A stretch of DNA of 62,736 nucleotides, counting the filler, from Vannella sp. (lineage: Eukaryota), in assembly GCA_023345925.1 (NCBI GenBank). It is 5 parts of 5 records of this genome, joined end to end, with 100 filler letters (N's around TTAATTAATTAA, not from the genome) between each part and the next. Parts side by side here need not be neighbours in the genome. Positions count along the whole stretch, not along the records: positions 7,453 to 21,886 come from JAJQQN010000945.1; positions 21,987 to 51,586 come from JAJQQN010000780.1; 3 more parts are not named here. One strand, given 5' to 3'. Every line of letters starts with the position of its first letter. Position 1 is the first letter of the stretch. The position numbers and the translations under genes were made by a program. Under the pieces are notes generated by a model. It did no database searches. It was not told the DNA's origin and saw only the letters and a program-made list of their open reading frames with translations. Below are positions 10,401 to 22,161 of the stretch, piece after piece.

Positions 10401-13400
10401 CCCATTGAAGTCAACGCGAGTAATCCACTCAACTCTGTGGAGTTGGTGGTCCCCCTCATTGCAACTGCCGTCCTCTTGGAGTTTTCAGAGTTTGCAGAAG
10501 ACAAGGGAGCAAAGGAGAAGATAACTTGCTTCCGCTGTAACATTGCGGTTCGGGATCCGCACGGGATTTGCGAGATCTGCCGCGACAATGCCCTCCAATG
10601 CCGAGAGTGCCGGAATATCAATTACGAGAACCTCCGCGCGTTCCTCTGCAATGAGTGTGGCCGTTGCAAGTACGGAAGAGTATCTATCCGTCTGAAAGCA
10701 AGTCCTTCGCACACTGTCCCGCGTATTCTCTCGGAGGAAGACGAAGGGGAGGCGCTGACTCGCTTGGCTACTGATACTTCTTCAAGCCGGACACTCCAAT
10801 CCACTATCCAACTCGCACAGAAACGAATGGAGGTCATGTTGGCTCATGTTCCCATCGGAGAAAAGGCTCCCCTCCCCAACGATCCTCCATCTCACGATAG
10901 ACCCACTCCAAGCGATAGGCAATCTCATCGCGACAGGTATTCTCCTTATGAGCGCCACCTCGCGGGCCGCCTTGCCTACAACCGGAAACGGATGGGCTCT
11001 CCTCCACCGCGCCAGATCTGGCGAATTCCTGAGTCTCCAGGTTCAGAAGAGCAAGGCGGAGGAATAGCTTCATACGAAACCAACTGCCGGTTGAGCTTCC
11101 ACTCCCTTTGCGACAACTTCAAGAGAATCCAAGCCACTCGCGCCGAGCTCGCTCGCTACCAGAACCGGCCTCCTCTGAAAGCTCCCGATGGAGGCCACTG
11201 CTTTGGGTGTATCAACAGCGTCATTTGGCAGTGTTTAATCTTCTTCCGCTCTCTGATGGAGAAACCGGTCCTGCGCCAGATACTGATTGGCCAGAAAGCT
11301 ATCGAGATCTGTATGGAAGCAAAGCCTCTGCCTCTGGCGAGCATCAAAGAGTATGAGTCGCAGCTCCAGCGGATTTTGGTGTGCAAGCTTGTGTCGGACT
11401 CTCCGGAAGCCAGCCAACTCCTGACAGAGCTTCTTGTCTCTCGTGTTAACTCTGCCCTGGCTCTTCCACCTTCGCAACTGGCTTTCCAGACATTCCCTTT
11501 TAACGCTATGGCACTCTTGTGCATGTCCACTGGAATGCTGGACTCTTGCTGGCCTGGTAGACTCCGTGCCTTGCTGAAATTGATATTCGAGATTCCCAAA
11601 GCTGTCGAAGACCATCCAGTGGTCGAGCTTCTTGTGCTTATGCCAGCGATTCACCTTCTTCATTCGATCAGTGCTAGCCCTACAAGTACCATGACAGCAG
11701 CCCCAACTGTCACTCTGACTCAATGGGAGAAGAAGGCCGACTCTTTCACTGAGTGGCAGTCGGAGAGTGCCACCAGTCCACCTGTTGTGACAGCGGCACT
11801 CCGCCGTGTAGTCGGGAAATGGCGAGAGGCAGCTGGGCTCAGCAGCCCAATTGGATCACCTTTGCGAGATGACAATTGGCTGATGCGCCTCCTCCTTCCA
11901 CCTCGTTCTCAAGTCATTCGAGAAGGAGCTTCGCGATTGTTGCAATCCTTGGCCGTTGAACCGCACCGTGGACTGCGCTTATTAGACTGTTGCCGGCGAC
12001 ATCTTGCTCTCCTTTCCACCCAACCAAGTGACGACAGACTGTCCGAATTCTTCTCACTTTTCACCGCTTTGCTTGCTTCAGAAGGTGCCAAAGCCTATCT
12101 TGTGCAGCGGCAATTACTACCAGAGATTGTCGTTCTCATTGGGCAACAAGTCACTCTCATTGAGCAGGCAGAGGGTGGCCCAGATCTTTCTTTAAGCCAA
12201 GGATTCATGCTCCACCAGTTAGTCCAACTTCTAAGCGAACTCCTCCAAGTTCCTGGGATTCAACGGCGCTTCAAAGCGTGTGGGCTTGTAACGCTCCTTC
12301 TGGACAGCTACTTGGCTTTGAGGGGCATCAGTGACCAGCGGACGAACTTGGTCGAAAACAGTTGCACGAAGCTGATTGCACTTCTGACGGATCTCCACGC
12401 TAGCAATGACGAAAGAGATAAGCGGGACTTTATCCTTGCGTGCATGTGCGCCCTTGACAAGTACAGTAACCAACCGCGAACGCCACTCTACATCCTGGAA
12501 CAACTCAATCGCATTATCTGCCCTCCCGTGGTGGCGCCAGAGCGCAAACTCACTCTTCGAAAGTCGCCAACTCAGGAAGAATACATCCGCGGGGTGATGG
12601 ACCAGAATCCCTACTCCTCGCTTGAGTGTGGACCTCTGATGCGAGATGTGAAGAACAAAATCTGCAAAGAACTAGCGCTTACGAGCTTCCTGGATGACGA
12701 CAATGGGATGGAACTGCTCGTTTGCAACAAAATCATAGCGTTGGACCTTCCTGTGCTCTCTGTGTATGACCAAGTCTGGGCCTCTAAGGAGGAGAAAGCC
12801 GGCACATCAATGACGGTGGTTTATCGGCTTCAGGGACTCGATGGCGAAGCGACAGAAGAGATGGTCAGCTCCCTCAACAGTCTTGCTGAAGAAGAGTGCA
12901 ACCCAGAAGAGCAGTTTGCAATCACCAAAGCTGTGGCCAATGCAAATGGACTTCAAATTCTCCTCAGAATCATGAGCCAGATAGATCTTGACAGCTCTCA
13001 GCCTCTTGCTGCTGAGCTCCTTCAGCTATTGTCGCACTGCTCGATGGTCCAAGCGAACCGCCGAAGCTTAGTGGAACAAGAAGCCGTTCGTTTGTTACTA
13101 GAGAAGCTCAAACTTGCCTTCCCCAAGGAGAAGCTCGCTTCCTTAGCTCAGCAAATCCTCACCATCCTCGAAGTACTCGTTCGAGAAGCCGCTGAAGGGA
13201 TAAGCCCAGATGCTCCGGACGGAGATCTTGCCGAGGAACAAGAACAAATGAGAATGTTCCTTGAGAAACTGAGCGCTCCTGTTGTGCGACAAAACCCGCG
13301 CATCGTTAAGAGCCTGACTCACATTCTTCCGGTTCTCACTTACGGTCAACCGGCGGTCGCACAGATTCTGGTCAGCTTCTTTGCTCCTCTGGAGTGGACT

Positions 13401-15161
13401 GTTCTTATCAGTGCGCCTAATGGGGACGAAGATGTTATCATGGCTGATGAGGAAGAGCTTTATTTGGCTCGCTACCAAGCAGACTGCCTCGTTGCTGTTT
13501 GCGAGGCCATTCGCCCGGATAGCAATGGAATGATGCTGCGACAATCCTTCTTTGATGCCGGACTGACAACAAGACTGTATCAGCTCTTGGACCAAACGCT
13601 TCCACAGGACTTGGCTGCTACTGAGGAAGCTTTGGAGGCAAGTACACAGCACTCTACTCTCCGCCACATTCTGGCAGCTTTACCTGGCCTCGTCCGCGGG
13701 TTACCAGAGGCCCAAAAGATGTGCATGAGCGAAGACATGCCAAAGCTTCTACATAGAGTGTCACACCTGTCTGGAATGGCAACAAAAGACCGCCTTGGCA
13801 ATCTTGCTGAAGAACTACTCGACGCAGTCTCACACGAACAGCCTGTCGTCGCTAGCGCCATCGAGGAAATCCACCAAAAAGATCGGTTTGAGAAGGAAGA
13901 AACTGCTCGGAAGCACCGCGAACGAGTCTTGGCTCAAATGGGTCTTGTCCACACTGCTGGAGTTAGTATTGGGAAAGTACTTGCACCTCAGGAAGCCTTC
14001 GCAGGTGCGGGAGAGTTGGAAGACGAAGAGGAATTCTCTTGCAAGGTCTGTAAGGAGGGCTTTGGCTATCTCCCAACCAAGATAATGGGAATTTACGTCT
14101 ATTCGCTCCCTCCTACAATCCCTGGGAACACCTCAGAGCCAAGTATCTCAACTGTGACTAACTTTAATCTAATCCATTACGATTGTCACTCTGAAGCCGT
14201 TCGAGCGGACATGAAACGGAAACCTCCCAAACGGGAGTGGGAAGGAGCCACTTTGCGTAACTCCTCTGCGCTGTGCAACAACATATTCCCCATCCTTTCT
14301 GAGCAAACAGACTTGGAGCAATATGGGTTGTTGACCGAGCGGTTCTGGCAAGAGCTTCCTGTCCACCCTCGAAACCGTGTCCGCACCATTTTGTATGATT
14401 TGCGCCAACTCTTGATGCGTCTTATCAATGGCAAATCATTTAACGAGGAGAGCCGTGGAGGGAGCAAAGAGAGTAACATTAGATTAGTTCCCTTCCTCAT
14501 TCAAATGGCAAGTCTCCTATTGGACGGGCTCCCTGTTAGCTCTTCGCAACGGAGAATGTTCGAAGGGCAAATGATTCAGTTCCTCAAGAATGAGCCCAAG
14601 AAAGAGAATTCAGGGAGGCATGGCGCAGTTGATGGGCCTGAGTATTTCCTGCTCTTATCTCTTTTACTATTCTCTCCAGCACAATGGAAGAGTACCAAAT
14701 TTGAGATCTTCAAGCGCATTCTAGCAGCATCTCTTCCACCAACCCCAGAAGTATCAACCTCAGAAGGTGACATAGAGATGTCTGAGGATATCGACGTTTC
14801 TGTTCTTTGGAATGAATCACGCTCCAATCTTTTGATGTTTGGAATCGTTGATGAACTCCAAGCATGCTTGAAAGGCCCAAGCAAAGAACCAGCCGAGAAA
14901 CCAATTCTTGAAGAAGGTGATCTTTCCCATCTTCCCAACGCAGAATGGATCGTCGCACTGAACCTCACTATTCGGGTGGCTCCCTTTAACCTATCTGAAG
15001 ATTTGGTCGTGCGGGTTGGGGAATGGGAAGAAGAGCTCCTCCCCATTTCTTCTTTAGAAGAACTTGCAGATGAACGAGGCCTTCTTCCTTTCATACTGTC
15101 GGAACACCTAACCATGCAAAGCTTTTTAAAGTCTCTTCCCCGTCCTTTTACTCAGAAGTGA
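7453..15161 (+). CDS. UBR4: UBR4/BIG/Pushover-like giant E3 ligase (5' partial)
   Basis: Uninterrupted ORF of over 2550 aa. Cys-rich block QCRECRNINYENLRAFLCNECG, LRKSPTQEEYIRG..NPYSS, GPLMRDVKNKIC, YRLQGLDGEATE, and C-terminal CKVCKEG...FNLIHYDCH...EWEGATLRN..CNN. Confidence 0.92.
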
Positions 15162-15273
15162 GCGGATAAAAGTCAAAGTCACTCTCACCCTCCTCTCTTT
15201 TTATCCTCTTGAAAAAGACAGGGATGTACTGCAGTGTCACTTTGGCAGAACGTTGGCGACTTTTAGTACAATA

Positions 15274-15850
15274 ATGCCCATTTACATTTACCTCAAGCCC
15301 CAGTTCGAGGAGGTAGAAACGCAGTACACCCATGAGGAAGGAACAAAGTAACCTTTAGCTTAGATTTGATCTTTTCGGACAGGCGCTCTGATAGTCAGCA
15401 TCTTGCTGGGGCTCAAGTTCAACTGAAACTGCTTGAAAAGGCAACAAAGTTCCTGGGTATTACAGGTGAGTTTTGTGATCTTCGCCAGCACACGTTGATA
15501 CAGAGCGGAGACACGACTTTCAAACATTTCGTCCACGCTCCAGGGTAGGGATCCCATTAGGAACAATGCTCCTCCTCGGCTGGCAGTTTCGGGATAGTTT
15601 TTGGTGAAGTGCAATGTCGATTGCTCCCTCAGCAATTCGAGGAACATCACCGGCCTTCTGGGCAGCTCCAACCTTGGTGATAAGGCTCTGAAGAGGCCAC
15701 TGTTACAACGGGGAAAGAGCAGAGAACTATCAACAACCCTGATCGCCTGCCCTACTCAGACAGCCACAACGGAAGCTTCAGGAAGGGTTGGCGAATGGAT
15801 AAAGCAGGAGAATGAGAAAGATGTATTCTACAGCCAAAGGGCAAGCCACT
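15274..15850 (+). CDS. Small spliced hypothetical protein, weakly Rpp14/Pop5-like
   Basis: Putative exons MPIYIYLKPQFEE / LAGAQVQLKLLEKATKFLGIT / FLVKC...TGLLGS resemble Rpp14 by eye. Exon limits and stop are uncertain. Confidence 0.3.
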
Positions 15851-17730
15851 TAGTTGAAAAGGGCTTGGACGTAAGCCTTGTAGTCGTAACCACCTTCGAT
15901 ACCCTCCTTGGGGGGCATGACGGAGGTGAGACCCTCAATCTGGGCGGGAGTTAGTTGGCCGACCTTCATGTCGTTGACGGTGACGAAGTCCTTGCCGCCA
16001 GCCAACACAGCGAAGGAGTCGGCAAGTTGCTCGGGGGAGTTCTCATCCTTGGTGATGGAGATCATGTACTGGAGGAACTTCTGGAAGTCAATGTTGGCTT
16101 GTCCTTCAGAAACCTGATCGAAAATGCCCTCGAAGCGCTTGTCACCACCCTCGAAGTTCAACTCGATAACACCAAGACCAGAAAGGCATGACTTGAACTC
16201 GAGCTTGGAAAGAGCTCCGCTTCCGTCGGCATCGAAGTGCTTGAAAGTCTCCTTGAACTCCTCGATCTGCTCGGGGGAGATGTCCTCGGACTCGCCAGCT
16301 TGGATCTGGTTCTCGACCAAGTCGATGTTCTTGGAGTAGGCCTTGGACAACAGAGTGAAAGCGAACCACAAATCGTCGTAGGTTTGGTCGGTCTTCTCGT
16401 TCTCTTCAATGTTGGCAGCTTCGCAGGCCTTTTCGGCTTGCTCGATGGATGGAAGGTCGTTTCCGAGTGCCTTGAGAGTGGCTTGGTTGCTTTGGAGGTT
16501 GTTGAGCTGCTCAGAGAGCTCGCCTCCAGCCTGGGCGGAGAGGTTCTTCTTGAGGGTAGACAACTGCTGAGCGAAAGCGTTGGCCTTGTCAGCGAAGGCA
16601 GCTCGGAGCTCCTCGAGGATCTGGCGGAGACGAGCGTTCAGGGCTGAGCGGCGAGCCTGTTCAGCACCTCCAAGGTTCTCGAAATCGCCCTCAACGTCAT
16701 CGATAGTGAGGCCAGCAGGGGGAGTGTAAGCTGGTCGGCGAGCAGTCTTCAGCTTAGCTTGGATGATGTTGAAGAGAGATTGCAAATCTCCCTGTTCACC
16801 AACCCACTCGCGCTTCTGAGTCTTGCGGTATTGACGGAACTCGCCAATCAAGCTGCGGGAAGTCTGGTAGTCATCACCAAGAGGAGCAGAGGCGAGCTCA
16901 GAGGACTTGTTGTTGACCTTCTCCTTGAGGGCACGGGTTCGGGTCTCGTAGTCGTGTTGGAGATCGAAGATGATCTTGGCGTAATCGGCAAGCTTACCAA
17001 TACGGCGACCAGCAGTCTCGACCTTATCCAAAGAGGAGAAGACAGTGTAGAGTTGGGCGACATAGGTCATGATGGAGCGTTCATCAGGGCGAGGCATGTT
17101 GACGATGTCCTCCGCGTCCAAAAGACGGGCAACATCGAGGTGCTCCTTGGCGACGTCAAAGGCGAGGTTGAGGTTTCCAAGCTTGTCCTCAGCGTTAAGG
17201 GACTCGTAGTCAATGAGGTCAGGGCGGTGACGGTGGATCAGAGCGCAGAAGGCCAAACCGTCCTGGAAGGACATGGTGAAGTCCTTGACATCAACGTTGT
17301 CATAAGGCTCCGTCTTGCGCTGGCACCAAAGAAGAAGACCCTCCTTAGCGGAGAGGCCCTCCTCCGAGAGACCAACAATAGCGAAACGGAGAATGAGAGT
17401 CCAAACGAGACCAAGAGTCAACTTGATGTTGGAGTCAACGATCTCCTCAGAACCGATGGAGGCAAGCTTCACACCGTGGTCGGAGATGAACTTAAGGGCC
17501 TTGTTCATGTTCTCGACCTTGTGAATGCGCATCTTGGGGGTGTTGTTGAACTTGCCAACACTGTCCCCAGAGATGGACTCCAAAAGGTTGAGGAGCATGA
17601 CACCATCAGAGAAGTCGGTGAGGAGGTCATCGATCTTCTTTCCACGCTTGACGAGGTGGGAGTTGACCCAGTTGGTGAATGTCTTGGTTTGGATACGTTC
17701 CCACTGTTCGACGAGATCGTTGTTGCTCAT
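15850..17730 (-). CDS. Alpha-actinin with short rod
   Basis: Tandem CH domains (QTKTFTNWVNSHL, KEGLLLWCQRKT), helical rod and C-terminal EF-hands. 626 aa, intronless, strong codon bias. Confidence 0.95.
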   Translation of the reverse strand: MSNNDLVEQWERIQTKTFTNWVNSHLVKRGKKIDDLLTDFSDGVMLLNLLESISGDSVGKFNNTPKMRIHKVENMNKALKFISDHGVKLASIGSEEIVDSNIKLTLGLVWTLILRFAIVGLSEEGLSAKEGLLLWCQRKTEPYDNVDVKDFTMSFQDGLAFCALIHRHRPDLIDYESLNAEDKLGNLNLAFDVAKEHLDVARLLDAEDIVNMPRPDERSIMTYVAQLYTVFSSLDKVETAGRRIGKLADYAKIIFDLQHDYETRTRALKEKVNNKSSELASAPLGDDYQTSRSLIGEFRQYRKTQKREWVGEQGDLQSLFNIIQAKLKTARRPAYTPPAGLTIDDVEGDFENLGGAEQARRSALNARLRQILEELRAAFADKANAFAQQLSTLKKNLSAQAGGELSEQLNNLQSNQATLKALGNDLPSIEQAEKACEAANIEENEKTDQTYDDLWFAFTLLSKAYSKNIDLVENQIQAGESEDISPEQIEEFKETFKHFDADGSGALSKLEFKSCLSGLGVIELNFEGGDKRFEGIFDQVSEGQANIDFQKFLQYMISITKDENSPEQLADSFAVLAGGKDFVTVNDMKVGQLTPAQIEGLTSVMPPKEGIEGGYDYKAYVQALFN

Positions 17731-17926
17731 TGGCGGTTAGCTACAGACTGCTCAAAGAACGCCCTTCGCAAGGAACAGTCCCTTCCAATCAAAATGCAGA
17801 TATGATCGGAAACAAGAGCTCTGATTGGTTCTCGTTGAGAAGAATATCTCGTGGGCGTGTCAAATGCCTGGGGCGGTGTTTCGGACCACATTTTGTTAAA
17901 AATAGTTATTTTATCTTGAATTGGCC

Positions 17927-18495
17927 ATGAAGCTTTGGTGGCTGCTGCTTGTGACGATGGTTTTGTGCAAAGGTCCGCTTCTCGGTTTACCGCGTTATTG
18001 TTGTTCTAATACAATCGAGAAGATTCCTGTCAACCAGAAAGCCAGTTCACGGCAGACATACCCTGCCTGAACAGTTCGCTTGAAGCAGTCAAGTCCAACA
18101 TGCCCTTCTGTGGGGAGGTGATCAGCTACAACATCGACGAGAGGCTCAACTTTCAGGTGTTAGACCGACTCGCCAAGGACCAATTGACCAACTTCAACTC
18201 CACTGGAATGGCCAAACACAACCCCGACTGCTACTTTTACAGAAAGGTCCTCTCATGCTCGCTTGCGTTCCCCATCTGCTCTCAGTCGCCGTACGTCTCT
18301 TTCCCTTGCAAGGATGTTTGCTTGAAGTACTATACTACGTGTGGTGCATCAAGTGAGGAGGATCTAGCAGTGTGCAATTCATTTCCCACAGGGGATTGCG
18401 TCCCTTTGACTCTTTTAGTGGCGAAGCCAAGTTCTCTGGCCTCCTCCATGTACCCATCTACTCTCCTGATAGCCATTATCATGGCTTTCCTCTGA
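17927..18495 (+). CDS. Secreted, probably GPI-anchored protein with Frizzled-type cysteine-rich domain
   Basis: Signal peptide MKLWWLLLVTMVLC, one intron, Cys pattern C..LSCSLAFPIC..PCKDVC..YYTTC, and a hydrophobic C-terminal tail. Confidence 0.65.
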
Positions 18496-18587
18496 GAGGC
18501 AGCTTCTTCGTGGAACACCGCGACAAACGAAGTTAACTGCGGACAATTTAGGGATTCGGTATTCACAAGAGTGGGGCAAGGAGGGCT

Positions 18588-21112
18588 CTAGGCCAGATAC
18601 TGATACATTTTCCTATTCGTCTTTGATCGCTCCAACTGCTGGCTGTCAGAAAGGGACCGAGGGGCAGTGGATACTCACATATTCTCTTTCAATGAGGCAT
18701 TCGATTCGCTTCTTGATTGCGGCTGGCTGGACGAAGAAGCGAGAAGAAAGAAGAGCTGTTGTCTCTGCCACAAGATTGCTGTGTTCCATCTCTCGTCGAG
18801 CCTTCATTATTCGGACAATTGCTGCTTCAATCGTGCGGTTAGGTTAAGGAATGAAGGGAAAGTGCGAAAGAGGGAGAGAATGAGGGAAGAAGAGGATATT
18901 GTACTCGGCGATCTTCATCAACGCGAACACGAATCTCTTTTTCCACGTTCGGGTCAATGCTGGAGATCTTAATCCTCAGCATTTTGCTTTTAAAGCCTTT
19001 GTTGAAGGCAAACTTGTCCGTGGGCTCGATTTCCTTGGTCTTGTTGTCCTTAAGAAGAATTCTGTGCTTGCCAAAGGTGAGGGCGAAGAGATTCTTCTTC
19101 AAATCAATGGGGGGAATGTTCGTGGCTGTTTGGATGGACTTGAAAGTCAGGACGTTGGCTTTGTTGAAGAGCTCTAGAATGCACATTTGATAGGTGGACA
19201 CGGTCAGTTCATAGGTTCGGGAGTTGAAGGTCGCACGCAGATCAGCTGTGCCCATGCTCGTCTGCCAGGTTAATCGGCGGCCATTGTGGGAGTTCAAGTA
19301 GAACTGTTTGAACACGTCACATGCATGTGTGATGGGCTCGGGGAGATTACAGCTGGGGACGATGGGAGTGGGCCAGTTCCCGGTTGTGAGGACTCGGACG
19401 TTGAGGTCTACCCCCTTCATTGAGATCCTACTGGCCAATAAGAACTCCTTAAACCGCTCCATTGCATCTGAGGACGATTGCATGTCATTGAACATCCCCT
19501 CCAGCTTTGAGGTGAACTGATAACCGCACTCTGCTTTGAGCTTGGCGATCATGTTGCGCTCCGCATCACTCGAAATGAGCTTGCCAAAGAGAAGGCGCTT
19601 GGCCAAGTGGTTCTTGTAGTACTTCTCAAAGACGTCCTTGTCCTGGATGAAGCGGAAGAGCATCATGACTTGATCTAGTAGTTGGTCTGCTTCTTCCTCT
19701 GTGTTGCTTTTGACACCCTTGCGCAGAGTGAAGTCAATGAAGAGAGAGATCTTCTCTGAAGACTGCTCGTTCATGTTGATGAAGCTCTCAAAGGACTGGA
19801 GGGGATGACGACCATGTTAACAGGGAGCTTGGCTACATGAAGGGAGAGACTCACTTTGTTGATGATCAGCCGGAAACTCTTGTCATCCTTGAATGCGAGA
19901 CGGAGAAGGTTATCGTACTTGGCCTTGAGGTCCAACATGGCTTGGACAAAGGCGCCTCGTTCTTTCATCTTCTCCTCATCCTTGACAATCTCTGTACCAC
20001 ACTCTTTGACGTGTGCCCCGATCACGTTTCTCATCATCTCCAGCCCTTCTTCCACTTTGCCCAGAAGAGTGTACATGCGAGAGAGATCCTCCACTTTGTC
20101 ATTGCAAAGCATTGATACGAGACCAGAGTTTTCCATCTAGATGAATGACAGTGAGTGAGCTACCCACAGCAGGGAGGGGAACTGACGTGGACAAGAGAAG
20201 ACAAGTGCTTGGCGATTAGTTCTGTCTCCACCACCTCCCTGACCTTTGGCTCACTACTCTGGTCAAGGTAGTGTTGGACACGGTCAAGTTCCTCTCGCCT
20301 CCGATTCTCAACCTTGCGCATGTAGTCAGGGCAGCTGTTCGAAGCGATGAATTCCTGGCTCTCTGCGTAGTAGAACTCCCGCGTGGCCTCGAGGAACGTC
20401 ACTTCAAAGTCCTCCTCGTAGACTTGGCGGTTGTTCACGCCAAGATCGACGAGCATCTGCGTGATGTTCTTGACCAAGCTGCGGTTGATGAGCTCGCCCG
20501 TTCGCTCACGGTGGACAAGCTCCAGTAAGGTTTGAAGGAGACGCTCTTTGATGATGGGGTTGCGCGCCACGTTACATTGGAAGATAACTAATCCCAGATC
20601 ATAGACCGGGAGGACGCCGACTTGCCCGACATAAACGCGGTCCTGAGCAACGCTGTAAGAGAGGGGACATCAGTAGGAACCCCATACCATGTACATGAGG
20701 ATATCACGGATCATAATCATGGAGCGGTCGTGCTCGCTCCAAGCTTCGTTTAAGGAGGTGAGGAAGTTGTGGTCTGGGGCTGTGGAGACGGCTCTAGCGA
20801 CGGTTGTGAGGTGCTGGTCGACTACTTCTTGTAGTCCTTGGTACAAGCGGTCCCCAAACTTGTGAAGGACCATGTTGTACGCGTTTCTGGGGCAGAGTCA
20901 GTGAGAGACCTACCACAAGGGGATGGAGGGTTCTCTTGAAGAACGAACCTGTAAAGCTCTTCAAAGCTCAACCCACTGGCGTTCTTCATGTGAATCTGTT
21001 GAATGGCGTTTTGAAGGAGCTTCCAAATGGTCTCCGCGTACTGCGGTTCCATTTGGACGGTGTGCCGGAAGGGCTTTATCGTGATCTTCGCAGACTTCTT
21101 GGGCGGGTTCAT
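18588..21112 (-). CDS. CUL3: Cullin-3
   Basis: [48 protein letters not shown], neddylation site [12 protein letters not shown] and terminal YQYLA*. Several GT-AG introns. Confidence 0.95.
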
Positions 21113-21886
21113 CAGGGAGTGATCAAACGCTTCTGCCAGCAGAGAGCGGAACAATAAACATTTCGTAGAATTTATTTCGCCCTCCTCACCCCCAATTATT
21201 ATCATTATCAGAGCAAGTAACATTAATTCCCATGTTTCAAATGATGCCATTCGTTTCCTCAGAATTTTCCTTCACAAGGAATCGCTCTTTACTAAGGAGG
21301 TCGTTCTCTCGATGCCCCCCGTGCGCCAATTGGCGCTTTAAACTTTCGAATCATAGGCTTACTATTCACTGCAGGAAACTGTTTCCTAGAAAGTGGGTGA
21401 TCCTCACTCGAAACCGAAACAGTTCCACCTCAAGCCAGCTTCTCTTCCGTTCCCACTCGTTGGGCAGGAAGTGGGCAAGAAAGAGAGGGACCGCCCTTGA
21501 CCGAAGGGAACGAAATGGCTCTCCTCTCCGCAAACGGCGGTGTCTATCGAATGGGGATGAAGGTGACCCTAGGTTCAATGCATGGATGATGCTCATTACG
21601 AAGGACCGAATAGATTCCGTTTCTCAAGGAAGAGTACGCTTGCTCCACATTTGTGCTACAAGGGGCAACTTCAAACACTGTCTTCCCATCTCTGTTTTTC
21701 TCCACACTACTTTTGTTCCTTCCAACTCAGGGCCGAGTGAGAGACAAACAGAAGGATATCAATTTCTCTTGGACGACTTGATTGAGCTTCACCCAAGATC
21801 GTACTCGCTATCACCTTGGAAATGCCAAGTGAGCAACTTTCATTATCTCGCCCACCCAAAACTGTGAGCAAGAATCTCTGATAGAA

Positions 21887-21986
21887 NNNNNNNNNNNNNN
21901 NNNNNNNNNNNNNNNNNNNNNNNNNNNNNNTTAATTAATTAANNNNNNNNNNNNNNNNNNNNNNNNNNNNNNNNNNNNNNNNNNNN
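21887..21986. other. Assembly gap / artificial linker
   Basis: N run, TTAATTAATTAA, N run. Confidence 0.98.
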
Positions 21987-22161
21987 TCTTTACATAACGG
22001 TCGTTTCTTCCAGTAGCCGGGGCCGTGTCAGTACTTTCCCAATCGGAATTCATCTTCGGAATGGATGCGATACCATTTGCGTTGCTGCTCCTCTGCGTTC
22101 CCTTTGCCAGTTCCGGCCCGGCCCACCAGGAGGAGGAGGCACAGACACATCATTAAGGAAT

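Noticed and set aside
16759..17805. 348-aa ORF antisense to alpha-actinin
   Set aside because: Expected shadow of strong codon bias, with no recognisable motifs.
21232..21867. 211-aa ORF or possible transposon remnant
   Set aside because: No recognisable motif, terminal repeats or catalytic residues, and it overlaps the CUL3 promoter region.
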